Notes: generated from the letters alone by a model not told the origin. A DNA stretch of 64,000 nt from Micavibrio sp. (GCA_020718085.1 DYDB01000001.1:218891-282890), one strand, 5' to 3'. Positions 39,587-49,652 are shown, counted from the first letter of the stretch. Made by a program: numbers and translations.

Positions 39587-40378
39587 ATGACAATTTACAC
39601 ACCAAAGATCCAAAAAGCGATTCAATTCGCGATCCAAACGCATGAGATCGATCAAAAACAAAAAAGAAAAGGTAAAGACATTGCGTACATCATCCATCCG
39701 TTGACTGTGGGACTGATCCTCGCACGTGCAGGTGCATCGGAAGATGTCATTGTTGCGGGCATTTTACATGATACGATCGAGGATTCGCTGGAACAGCATA
39801 AAGTCACAGCAGAAACAGTAGAAAAACTGTTTGGCAAAGAGGTGGCAACGTATGTGCTGAGCGTGACAGAAACAAACAAGGCATTGCCGTGGGAGGAACG
39901 CAAAGAACACGCCCTGGCACACATCGCGACATTATCAGAAGGATCCCTGCTAATCAAATCTGCAGATATCCTGGTAAATGGTACAGAACTTCTCGATGAC
40001 CATGCACAGCATGGTGATGCTGTATTTAAACGATTCAACGCCCCGAGCAAGGAACTGCTCATCAAAAATCAATTGCGTCTCATTACGGCGATCATAAAGA
40101 AGTGGGCTGATAACCCATTGGCACAGGACTTGAAATTCTTGGCGTATAGTTTATTTGGGATCTGTGAGTTGGCATTTATGATGGCTGAGCCGGCACGGAG
40201 CATTCCACACAGAGAATATGATGAGAATGCTGTGATCTCATGTCCAGTGTGTTTATGGCAGGGAATGGGGAGGGATGCATTATCGGAATCTGGGCATGTA
40301 TGTGTTGAGTTACGATGCCCAATCTGCGATAAGATGATCATTGTGGCTGAATTCGCGATGTTGAATAAAGCTTTATAA
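39587..40378 (+). CDS. HD-domain phosphohydrolase (RelA/SpoT-type HD) with a C-terminal zinc ribbon
   Basis: HPLTVGLILARAGASEDVIVAGILHDTIED matches the HD motif of (p)ppGpp hydrolases. C-terminal CPVC..CPIC. Confidence 0.7.
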   Translation: MTIYTPKIQKAIQFAIQTHEIDQKQKRKGKDIAYIIHPLTVGLILARAGASEDVIVAGILHDTIEDSLEQHKVTAETVEKLFGKEVATYVLSVTETNKALPWEERKEHALAHIATLSEGSLLIKSADILVNGTELLDDHAQHGDAVFKRFNAPSKELLIKNQLRLITAIIKKWADNPLAQDLKFLAYSLFGICELAFMMAEPARSIPHREYDENAVISCPVCLWQGMGRDALSESGHVCVELRCPICDKMIIVAEFAMLNKAL

Positions 40379-40400
40379 AACCCCATAAAATTGGCAAAAA
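40377..40400. repeat. Direct repeat AAAACCCCATAAAATTGGCAAAAA (right copy)
   Basis: Partner of 39257-39280, at the left border of the defense island. Confidence 0.7.
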
Positions 40401-40458
40401 GGGAAGAAAAGGGGTAGAATTATAATTATGTATTATAGAAATTTGAAAGAAATTAATT

Positions 40459-43400
40459 ATGACCTCCAAAAATAGCATTATCGACAATCATAGTCATAAT
40501 AACCTCTATCGAGCCATATCCGACGCAATAGGGTCTGACACAATAGGCATAGATATTGAGGTCGGATATTTTTATCTCTGTGGTTTTGAACTTTTGTCAA
40601 AAAAACTCAGTAAAATCAAAGTGCGATTATTAGTTGGTTCTTATATTGACCCAGAAGCTATGCCAACTTTGATAATGGAGTCGATGAAAAAATCAACGAT
40701 AAATCTTGATCCTTTTCAGCCTAGAAGCATTCCGTCATCAAAACAAGAAAGAGTCCGAGCTTTTAGCGAAGGCATTAAAAAACTTGCAAACCAAACGTCA
40801 ATATTTGACGCGCCGGAAGCACAGGAATCATACTCAATTCTCGAAAAAAAACTCGAGGATGGCTCCCTTGAAATTAAAATGACCGAAACACAAGCACATG
40901 GAAAATATTATGTGATCCATAATAAAAATGTAGGCAAAGTCTTTATGGGCTCGAGCAATTTTACGTATAATGGCCTAATTGGACAACAGGAAATAAACGA
41001 ATCTTTTGATTCAGAAGAAAAATATATAGAATATTCAAATAAATTTTCTGATCGATGGTCTGATGCTCGCAATATTGTCATTCAAGAAAAAGGAAAATCA
41101 GACATGTTTTTGAGAAAATTTAAAGATGAGCTGTGGATGAATGTGGTGCCGACCCCGTATCTTATGTATATTCGACTTCTTAATGAAATATTTGGTGCCG
41201 AATATGAAATTGATGTAACTAGCGCCTCGCAGGCAACACGAGGACAATATTTAAATCTTTCATATCAGATGGACGCGGTGAAGATGGCACTTGAAAGATT
41301 AAAAAATTATGATGGTGCTATTATTGCAGATGTTGTTGGTTTAGGGAAAAGTGTTATAGCTACTACTATTGCTGTAAACTGTCCTGACTTAAAAACGATC
41401 ATTATTGCTCCGCCACATTTAGTTCCGATGTGGGAGGATTATGTTGAAGAATTTAAACTTCGAGGACCAAAGGTTTTTAGTTCTGGGAAAATTGATGATG
41501 TTTATAATAAATACAAAAATTCTACAGAGCCTATATTATTTATCTTTGATGAAGCCCATAGATATAGAAATGAGGACACACAAGACTATCAGTCACTTCA
41601 TCAATTGACTCGCAGCAATAGTGAAAATAAGGTTCTAATATTATCCGCAACACCTTTTAATAATGATCCGAGTGATATCTTTGCGTTGATTAAACTTTTT
41701 CAAACCCCTGGTGCAGCTACACTCCGAACAGTGGAAAATTTATCAGCAAAGTTTGCAGATCTTGCAAATAGATACAAAATGCTGCGACGATTTCAAGCAA
41801 AGGGAGCCGTAACCGCAGATCAACGTAAAGAATTGGATATCAAGCGCGACGACATTGCTTCTGAACTTCGACGATTGCTCGAACCTATTATAATTAGACG
41901 TTCAAGGATAGATCTTGAAAAAATTACTCGATACCGAGAGGATTTAAAAGCTCAAGAAATTGAATTTTCAAAGATGAACGATCCAATTATCCGGGAGTAT
42001 GAGTTAGGTGAATTTACCAGCATATATCTGGATACTATAGAGCGAATTGTGCCAAATTCTAAAATCGCGGGTGGTTTAACTGGTGCGCGATATATGCCAA
42101 CGACCTACGCATTAGATATTGTTGAATTTGCTGAGAAGTATCCAGAATTGGAGGATATCAGAACTGCTCAAATGAACGTGGCTTCTTTTATGCGCAAACT
42201 TTTGGTAATGCGCTTTGAAAGTTCAAGAGCGGCGTTCAAAAGCACTCTGCAAAAATTTATCGATTCACATCAAAAAATTCTTGATTGGGTAGAAAAGAAA
42301 CAATTAGTACCGATTTCCAAGAAAGCCTACATTCCCTCTCCAGATGAGATGCCGGAAGAGGATACCGAAGAAATCAATTTGGAAGAACATGCTGAATTTG
42401 CAAACACTGAAGTTAAAAATAGTAAAAAGATTGTTTTCGTCAAACTTGAAGATCTGAATGAAAATTTTGTACCTGAGCTTAAGCGCGATATCAGTGTACT
42501 AAGAGATATTTACGAAAAATGGTTTGGTTCGCGATCGCCATTTTTATCGATGCCAGACCCAAAATTAAAACAACTCACGCTAGATATTCAAGAACATCTA
42601 GAAAATGATCCCCATCGAAAAATAATTATTTTTAGCATGTATGCTGATACTGTTGTTTATGTGGGAGAATCTCTGCAAAAGTCTGGAATTTCAACATTAG
42701 TTTATACTGCCCAGAATAGCAGAAATGATCGCAAAATAGTGAGAGAGAATTTTGACGCCGGTATCCCGGACAATAAACAATCTGATGATTTTAGAGTTCT
42801 TGTTGCAACTGATGCTTTGAGCGAGGGCGTAAATCTAAATAGAGCAGGACGAATTATTAATTATGATATTCCATATAACCCAACCAGAGTCATACAGCGA
42901 GTGGGCAGAATAAACCGCATAGATAAAAAAATGTTTAATGAGCTTTTTATTGATAATTATTTTCCTACCGAACACGGCGAGAAGGAAACAAATATTAGAG
43001 GGGTATCAACATTAAAGATGCAGATATTTAATTCCGTGGTAGGAAATGACTCGCGCACTCTCACGAAAGATGAAACCCCAGAATCATTTTTTATCGATGA
43101 ATTTAGAAAAGCAACGACTGAAGAAGAGAGTTGGGACACTACTCATAGAGAAGCATATGAGCAAGCAAAGAAAAATATTGAAGTAATTGAGCTTGCAAAA
43201 AAAATACCGATGCGAGCGCGAATTATTAGAAAAAATAAACAAGTTCAATTGGGAGTTGGCGTTGGTATTCGCGGCGAAAATAAAATTTATGCTCTTGAAA
43301 ATAGTGGACAGGCTGAGTTGGTTGATGCAGAAAAAGTATTAAATCATTTTGCGGCGAAGCAAGATGAAATTGGCGAGAAAGCCGATGATCAGTTTGGTGT

Positions 43401-43746
43401 TGTATTTGATGCAATTAAAGAAAAATTATTTGAAAAACCGCCGATGGGAAGAATGTCAAAAAACCGAACTGATGTTGTAAATATATTACGAAGCGTTCAA
43501 GAATCTCAGTATCAGAATTATTGTGATGATTTATTGCAAGTTGTGAGTGATCTTGACGATCTTTCAGAAGGTCAACTCAAGGCAATAATAAGGCTCGCAA
43601 AAAATACAGACGTATCTGATGATAAATTGCTGGAAGGCATTATTGAAATAGCGCCAGAACAGCAGATAAGAGTTAGTTTAGAAAGACAAAGCAATGAAAC
43701 AAAATCAGCAAATCTTCTATTATTCACTCAAGAGCACCGAGTATGA
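40459..43746 (+). CDS. PLD-family nuclease domain fused to an SNF2/SF2 helicase (restriction-type motor-nuclease)
   Basis: N-terminal PLD-like HxK..GSxN (HGKYYVIHNKNVGKVFMGSSNF). Helicase motifs I (DVVGLGKS), II (DEAHRYRN), III (LSATPFNN) and VI (QRVGRINR). Confidence 0.85.
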   Translation: MTSKNSIIDNHSHNNLYRAISDAIGSDTIGIDIEVGYFYLCGFELLSKKLSKIKVRLLVGSYIDPEAMPTLIMESMKKSTINLDPFQPRSIPSSKQERVRAFSEGIKKLANQTSIFDAPEAQESYSILEKKLEDGSLEIKMTETQAHGKYYVIHNKNVGKVFMGSSNFTYNGLIGQQEINESFDSEEKYIEYSNKFSDRWSDARNIVIQEKGKSDMFLRKFKDELWMNVVPTPYLMYIRLLNEIFGAEYEIDVTSASQATRGQYLNLSYQMDAVKMALERLKNYDGAIIADVVGLGKSVIATTIAVNCPDLKTIIIAPPHLVPMWEDYVEEFKLRGPKVFSSGKIDDVYNKYKNSTEPILFIFDEAHRYRNEDTQDYQSLHQLTRSNSENKVLILSATPFNNDPSDIFALIKLFQTPGAATLRTVENLSAKFADLANRYKMLRRFQAKGAVTADQRKELDIKRDDIASELRRLLEPIIIRRSRIDLEKITRYREDLKAQEIEFSKMNDPIIREYELGEFTSIYLDTIERIVPNSKIAGGLTGARYMPTTYALDIVEFAEKYPELEDIRTAQMNVASFMRKLLVMRFESSRAAFKSTLQKFIDSHQKILDWVEKKQLVPISKKAYIPSPDEMPEEDTEEINLEEHAEFANTEVKNSKKIVFVKLEDLNENFVPELKRDISVLRDIYEKWFGSRSPFLSMPDPKLKQLTLDIQEHLENDPHRKIIIFSMYADTVVYVGESLQKSGISTLVYTAQNSRNDRKIVRENFDAGIPDNKQSDDFRVLVATDALSEGVNLNRAGRIINYDIPYNPTRVIQRVGRINRIDKKMFNELFIDNYFPTEHGEKETNIRGVSTLKMQIFNSVVGNDSRTLTKDETPESFFIDEFRKATTEEESWDTTHREAYEQAKKNIEVIELAKKIPMRARIIRKNKQVQLGVGVGIRGENKIYALENSGQAELVDAEKVLNHFAAKQDEIGEKADDQFGVVFDAIKEKLFEKPPMGRMSKNRTDVVNILRSVQESQYQNYCDDLLQVVSDLDDLSEGQLKAIIRLAKNTDVSDDKLLEGIIEIAPEQQIRVSLERQSNETKSANLLLFTQEHRV

Positions 43747-46700
43747 AAAATCCTATTTTTGAAAATAAATTCAACGAAGAGGCTTTTAATGACTTTATTC
43801 ATGGCATTATTCCAAATCTTTCCTTGGGAAAAAAACGAGCCGAGGTTCGCACTGGCTTCAAATCAATTCAACAAATCGCTGAAGCCGGCGGAAATACACT
43901 AGATTTAGTCGTTTTTGTTGCAAAAATTGAATCATCACTTCATGCTCGTGTCGAAATTACAAAAAATACATACTCGATACTAAAAAGTCATGCCCGGTCT
44001 AATGCTTTAGTTGCCTATATTTCAGATGATTCTTCAGAATGGCGCCTCTCTCTTATTACGACAAAAGTTACGAGGACAAAAGACGGGATAAGGGAATCAA
44101 TATCAAATCCTCGCAGATTTTCATATGTCTTAGGGCCAGATGCAAAAGTGGCAACCCCTTCAAAAATGCTCCAAGGACATGTTGATTCAATTATTGATCT
44201 GGAAAATAAGTTTTCTTTGGCAGTGGTTAGCAAGGAATTTTTTACTCAAATAGCAACACAATATTCTAAACTTGTTGGAGGTACGAGGGGTGCAGGCAAA
44301 AAGGCAATAGTTTTCAAAAGAACGCTTAAGCTTGGGGATGAAAATGATGCCGTCAATGCAAATTTTGCCATTCGACTTATTGGTCGATTAGTTTTTTGTT
44401 GGTTTTTGAAACAAAAGAAAGGACATGCGGACAATCCGCTTATACCGTCTGAGATTCTATCTGTTTCCGCAGTAAAAACAATTAGTGATTATTATCATTC
44501 AGTTTGTGTGCCACTTTTTTTTGAAGTGTTAAATAAACCACAATCATCTAGACCGACATTTTATTCTCATGCTGAATTATTTGATAAAGTTCCTTTCTTG
44601 AATGGTGGTTTGTTCCAAGACCATGTCGAAGATAATCACAAATTCAATCGTGCCACCGGGATGAGTGAACGTCGCGGTGTGGTAGATGTGCCGGATGTTT
44701 GGTTTTCTGAATTATTTCAAATTTTTGAGGAGTATAACTTTACTATAGACGAAAACACTTCAATTGATACCGAGCTTTCAATCGATCCGGAAATGTTAGG
44801 ACGAATTTTTGAAAATTTATTGGCAGAGGTAAACCCGGAGACGGGCGCAAGCGCTCGCAAATCAACTGGCAGTTTCTACACACCTAGAGAGATTGTGGAT
44901 TTTATGGTGGAAGAATCACTCATCGCTCACCTAAAAACACAAATTAATATATCCGAAGATAAGTTACGTGCTCTTTCATCTTACGATTTGGACGATGATG
45001 TATCACAACCAATAGACCCGCAAGAACGAAAACTTATAGTTGAAGCAATTCATAATACCACAGTTTTAGATCCGGCCTGTGGCTCGGGCGCATTCCCAAT
45101 AGGAGTTCTCCAGAGATTGGTTCATATGCTCGGTGTTCTTGACCCGGAATGTTCAATTTATTTAAGCAAGATTCCGCCCGAAGTTCGCAGGGAATTACAA
45201 AAACATAGCCTTACTTATGTGCGGAAACTTGGAGTAATTAGAGAGTGTATTCACGGAGTAGATATTCAGCCCATCGCTATAGATATTTCGCGTCTGCGAT
45301 GTTTTCTGACGCTTGTAGTAGATCAGCAAGTTGATGACAGCGCTCCAAACAGAGGCATTGAACCATTGCCAAACCTTGATTTTAAGTTTGTTTGCGCCAA
45401 CACTCTTGTTAAACCACCAGTTCATGAAGGTCCGCTATTTGGTGATGAGTTTGCGACTGCTTTAGGCGAGCTTATTGATGAATATTTTGCGCCGGTTGAC
45501 CAGTTGCACAAACTGGAGACGGCGCGAAAATTGCAGCAATTGATTAGTGATAAAACAAAAAAAGAGTTAGAAAATATTTTGAAGTCATATAGTTACATAA
45601 AAGATGAAAAATACAAAAAAGCACTGGCTCAGAAAAATGAAAAATCAGACGCTGAAAGAATGCGCATAAATAATTTGTGGGGAAGTTATGAAAATATTTT
45701 TCAAAATAAACCAGTTGGCTTTTTTGATACCAGATATTTTTTCCCCACAGTATTTCGCAATGGTGGATTTGATATTGTGATTGGAAATCCACCTTATGTT
45801 GGAGAAAAAGGACATAAAGAGATGTTTAGGGAAATTAAATATTCACCACTGGGAAAGAGATTTTATCAAGGAAAGATGGATTTTTTCTATTTTTTCTTTC
45901 ATGTAGCTTTGGATAATTTACAGGATGATGGGGTGCTGGCGTATATAACCACTAATTATTACTTAACAGCATTGGGTGCGCGGAAACTTCGGGAAGATTT
46001 TAAAAACCGTACTATTATCAAAAAACTTGTTAATTTTAACGAGCTTAAAATTTTTAAATCGGCTGCGGGTCAACATAACATGGTTACAATTTTAACTAAA
46101 AGACAAAACAACGGAACATTAGTTAAAACATGTATAACGAAAAATACAGGCGATACAACTCCTGCTGTACTAGAAAGTATTATTGGTTGGAAAGACAATA
46201 ATACAGACTACTATGAAGTTGCTCAAAAAGATTTATATGATGGGGAAGAGAATTATTTGCGTCTAGCTGGAACAAATAGTGAGCGTAATCCTCTACAGTT
46301 CTTATTGAATAAGATAAAAGAGAAGGGTGAATTATTAGAGAATATTTGCAATATTAATACTGGAATAATGGGAGGCTGCGATTATATAAATAAAAGTAAT
46401 ATTGAATATTGCACACAAAGAGAAAGGTTACAAAAAGATATTCAGGTAGGAGATGGTGTTTTTGTTCTTGATATAAAAAATGATCGAGATAAAAAAGTAT
46501 TTGATATTATTCAAAACAATAAATCTCTAGTGAAATTTTTTAAAAATTCAGATATTGTTAAGTATCATACAAGCTATTCAACAACAAAATATATCATTTT
46601 CTCATCTAGAGAAAATGATGCAGTAAAAGATAGCAATGTAATGAAGCATCTGGATAAATTCAAACAAGTTCTTATAAAAATTCGTGAAATAAATAATGAG

Positions 46701-47201
46701 AAAACTTCAGATTACCCATTTCTTAGACGAGGAACTTCTCATCAGGAAATATTTGTATCGCCTAAAATAGTTACTCCATATCGATGTTCTGTAAACTTGT
46801 TCGCATATAATGATATTCCTTGGTATGCGAGAACTGATGTGTATTATTTATCTGAAAAAGACAAGAGAATATCTCTTAAATATATACTCGGCTTGTTAAA
46901 TTCAAAACTTTATTATTTATGGCTCTATCATCGTGGAAAAAGAAAAGGAGAGCTTTTAGAAATATTACAAAAACCTTTATCTGAAATTCCAATTAAAAAA
47001 ATACCAGAGCTAGAACAAAAACCCTTCATCGAAATTGTTGATAAAATTTTGACAATTACCAAATCCAGCGATTATTTAGAAAATCCAGCAAAAAAAGCAG
47101 AAGTCGAAAAGTACGAAGAGGATATTGATAAGCTTGTTTATAAGCTCTATGACCTTACGTATGAAGAAATTGAAATTGTGAAAAAATCAATTAAAAAATA
47201 A
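43743..47201 (+). CDS. Gamma-class N6-adenine DNA methyltransferase (Eco57I/PglX-like) with large N- and C-terminal (TRD-like) regions
   Basis: SFYTPREIV, DPACGSGAFP (motif I) and NPPY (motif IV, IGNPPYVGE). Start overlaps the upstream stop (ATGA), so translationally coupled. Confidence 0.85.
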   Translation: MKNPIFENKFNEEAFNDFIHGIIPNLSLGKKRAEVRTGFKSIQQIAEAGGNTLDLVVFVAKIESSLHARVEITKNTYSILKSHARSNALVAYISDDSSEWRLSLITTKVTRTKDGIRESISNPRRFSYVLGPDAKVATPSKMLQGHVDSIIDLENKFSLAVVSKEFFTQIATQYSKLVGGTRGAGKKAIVFKRTLKLGDENDAVNANFAIRLIGRLVFCWFLKQKKGHADNPLIPSEILSVSAVKTISDYYHSVCVPLFFEVLNKPQSSRPTFYSHAELFDKVPFLNGGLFQDHVEDNHKFNRATGMSERRGVVDVPDVWFSELFQIFEEYNFTIDENTSIDTELSIDPEMLGRIFENLLAEVNPETGASARKSTGSFYTPREIVDFMVEESLIAHLKTQINISEDKLRALSSYDLDDDVSQPIDPQERKLIVEAIHNTTVLDPACGSGAFPIGVLQRLVHMLGVLDPECSIYLSKIPPEVRRELQKHSLTYVRKLGVIRECIHGVDIQPIAIDISRLRCFLTLVVDQQVDDSAPNRGIEPLPNLDFKFVCANTLVKPPVHEGPLFGDEFATALGELIDEYFAPVDQLHKLETARKLQQLISDKTKKELENILKSYSYIKDEKYKKALAQKNEKSDAERMRINNLWGSYENIFQNKPVGFFDTRYFFPTVFRNGGFDIVIGNPPYVGEKGHKEMFREIKYSPLGKRFYQGKMDFFYFFFHVALDNLQDDGVLAYITTNYYLTALGARKLREDFKNRTIIKKLVNFNELKIFKSAAGQHNMVTILTKRQNNGTLVKTCITKNTGDTTPAVLESIIGWKDNNTDYYEVAQKDLYDGEENYLRLAGTNSERNPLQFLLNKIKEKGELLENICNINTGIMGGCDYINKSNIEYCTQRERLQKDIQVGDGVFVLDIKNDRDKKVFDIIQNNKSLVKFFKNSDIVKYHTSYSTTKYIIFSSRENDAVKDSNVMKHLDKFKQVLIKIREINNEKTSDYPFLRRGTSHQEIFVSPKIVTPYRCSVNLFAYNDIPWYARTDVYYLSEKDKRISLKYILGLLNSKLYYLWLYHRGKRKGELLEILQKPLSEIPIKKIPELEQKPFIEIVDKILTITKSSDYLENPAKKAEVEKYEEDIDKLVYKLYDLTYEEIEIVKKSIKK

Positions 47202-47278
47202 TTATATTAACGCTGGTTTTTCATATCTCAAATATTATTAGTAGACTTGGGGGAATAACATAATTAATAATTAAAAAG

Positions 47279-47680
47279 ATGAATTACAATAATTTTTATC
47301 AACCAAAGAAACGCGTATTTATTAGCTTTGATTTTGACAACGATCAATTTCTCAGGGATTCTCTTATTGGTCAATGTAAAAACAATGGCACGCCGTTTGA
47401 TATGGAGGATTGGTCAGTGAAAGAGCCATGGAGCCAATGTGATTGGAAAGAAAAATGTTTGTCTAAAATCAAGAGATGTAATTTAGTTATTGTTATGGTG
47501 GGAGAGAAAACACATACTTGTAGCGGAGTGTTAGCTGAAATAGCAATGGCGAAAGAAGCTCGTGTTCCAGTTGTTGGATTAAAAGGCTATTCTAATAAAA
47601 ATTGCCCCAGACCGGAAGGATTGGATGGTTACTATAATTGGGCATGGGAAAATGTAAAAAAACTAGTTAATAGATATTAG
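47279..47680 (+). CDS. Short TIR-like (ThsB / DUF1863-type) domain protein
   Basis: RVFISFDFDND..CNLVIVMVGEKTHTCSGVLAEIAMAKEARVPVVGLKG parallels ThsB SVTVVLIGAETSNRRWVKYEIEESYKRGNGLLGIYI. Confidence 0.65.
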   Translation: MNYNNFYQPKKRVFISFDFDNDQFLRDSLIGQCKNNGTPFDMEDWSVKEPWSQCDWKEKCLSKIKRCNLVIVMVGEKTHTCSGVLAEIAMAKEARVPVVGLKGYSNKNCPRPEGLDGYYNWAWENVKKLVNRY

Positions 47681-47685
47681 ATAAT

Positions 47686-48168
47686 ATGGATAAAAAGCTT
47701 CTTAATAGGTCTGTGCAAGAATACGGTGAGAATTATTATGCTCATTATTTCGAACAATACAAAATGTATATTGAAAGCACCGAAAGAATTAGCGATAGAA
47801 GGCAGAATGCAAATAATTTCTTTTTAACTATTAATACCGTTCTTATATCCGCATTTGGATTGTCTTTTCAACTTAAAGTACTAGAAAATCTTAATTGGAT
47901 AAAAATGATTTTAGCATTACTCGGGCTTGTTATTTGTGTGATATTTTGGTTTCTGCTTAGGGCTTATAAGCAGTTAAATTCTGGCAAATTTAAAGTTATT
48001 CACGAAATAGAACAAAATTTGCCATTAGGATTATATGATTATGAATGGGAGCTTCTTGAAAAAGGAAAAAATAAAAAAATTTATTATCCATTTTCTCATA
48101 TCGAATTGTTAATACCGTGGGTATTTGGTTTATTCTATTTTGTTTTAGGAGTTATTTTTATAGTATAA
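47686..48168 (+). CDS. Small 2-TM (SLATT-like) membrane protein, putative effector partner of the TIR protein
   Basis: 5-nt gap after the TIR gene. 160 aa with a soluble N-terminal helix, two adjacent TM helices, a helical C-terminus and a terminal hydrophobic segment. Confidence 0.45.
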   Translation: MDKKLLNRSVQEYGENYYAHYFEQYKMYIESTERISDRRQNANNFFLTINTVLISAFGLSFQLKVLENLNWIKMILALLGLVICVIFWFLLRAYKQLNSGKFKVIHEIEQNLPLGLYDYEWELLEKGKNKKIYYPFSHIELLIPWVFGLFYFVLGVIFIV

Positions 48169-48227
48169 AGGTTTCGCCTAAATGAATAATGCTGTTCATT
48201 TATTAATTACTTACATAATTTTAAAAT

Positions 48228-49652
48228 ATGGCAAAAAAAGAAGCTACAAACGAGCTGGTAAATTACGATAGGCAAATGGCTCAACATCAAGAGCAATTTT
48301 TGACTTTGCTTGGTAGCAAGGGTTTGCCAACAGAGAATATATTTGTTCCAATCAAAGAAAGATCCACTGTTTTTTCAAATGCTAATTCTTTGTTAGATAA
48401 TATTGATGATACAAGAAGATTTGAAGCAGTTTACGTTTCTAAATTTTTTGCTGCAGTTGCCGTTGGTTTATTTGATGCTGCATTGAATTATCTTTGGGAT
48501 GAGACGGTCGTTCATTTACGAAAAAGAGTTGAAACATATGATCTTGAATATTTTTATGACATAGCAACTTCAGCTGACAAAAGAAAAGAGCTCAAAACCA
48601 TAGATGATATTTCTAAGCTTACAGATGATGAACTGTTGAGAGGATCACTTACAATTGAGCTTATATCTGAGGTTGGATTTAGGAATATGGATCTTGTAAG
48701 GCATATGAGAAATAATGCTAGTGCAGCACATCCAAACCAAATGAATATTACGGGCCTCAAGTTAATTTCGATGGCAGAAGATTGTCTGAGGGAAGTTATC
48801 TCAACACCAATTCCGCCTGCAGCTATAGCTGTCCAGAAGCTACTTGAGAACATAAAAACTACCACAATGAAAACTGGCGATGCACAAGACGTGTCAGTGC
48901 ATTTTTCTAGTATGGGGCCAGTTCGAACACAAAGATTGGTCGAAGGGTTATTTGGAATTTTTTATAAAAGAGAAACAACTGAGGCCGTAAGACAAAATAT
49001 TAGACTACTCGCACCAATGCTTTGGCCTTACGTGGATGAACCTACTAGAAAGAATTTAGGCCTAAAGCATGCATATTTTAGTGCAAATAATCATATTGTA
49101 GAAAAGAATTTTTCCAAAGAGTTCTTGGCTGTTGTTGATGGTCTTCAATATATAACTGATCAGCATAGAGCAATAGAAGTTTCTACAGTTCTTGAGGAGC
49201 TAAAAAATGCGCATTATGGTTTAAATAATTTTTATAATGAAGTGTTGCCTGCACGGAGACTTAAATCAATAATTGGAGATGTGCCCAGTGTTCCCATGGG
49301 GATTCAAAATAAGTATATAGAAACCTTAATTGATGTATTTCTGACGAATGGATATGGCGAAGCGCGATCTGCAAATGACATATATTTCGAATTAATAAAT
49401 GGCTTTACCCCAAAACAAGCCGTTTATGCGATAACCTTAATATTTGATGAGGGAATTTCGAGTAAATTAAGAATTAAATTGTGTGCAGAAAAATATTACG
49501 AAATGATTAAAATTGTTGAACCAAAAATATCTACACATGCTGCCAAGCAGTTAATCGAACAGATAAAATTAAAAAAAACACAGGCAGGAGATATTAGGTC
49601 TGATGAAAAATTAAAGCAAGTCGTAAAATTAGCGCTAGAGGAAATTAGATGA
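48228..49652 (+). CDS. Hypothetical 474-aa protein with an Rx6H (HEPN-like) motif
   Basis: RNNASAAH within LVRHMRNNASAAHPN. No other recognisable domain. Confidence 0.55.
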   Translation: MAKKEATNELVNYDRQMAQHQEQFLTLLGSKGLPTENIFVPIKERSTVFSNANSLLDNIDDTRRFEAVYVSKFFAAVAVGLFDAALNYLWDETVVHLRKRVETYDLEYFYDIATSADKRKELKTIDDISKLTDDELLRGSLTIELISEVGFRNMDLVRHMRNNASAAHPNQMNITGLKLISMAEDCLREVISTPIPPAAIAVQKLLENIKTTTMKTGDAQDVSVHFSSMGPVRTQRLVEGLFGIFYKRETTEAVRQNIRLLAPMLWPYVDEPTRKNLGLKHAYFSANNHIVEKNFSKEFLAVVDGLQYITDQHRAIEVSTVLEELKNAHYGLNNFYNEVLPARRLKSIIGDVPSVPMGIQNKYIETLIDVFLTNGYGEARSANDIYFELINGFTPKQAVYAITLIFDEGISSKLRIKLCAEKYYEMIKIVEPKISTHAAKQLIEQIKLKKTQAGDIRSDEKLKQVVKLALEEIR

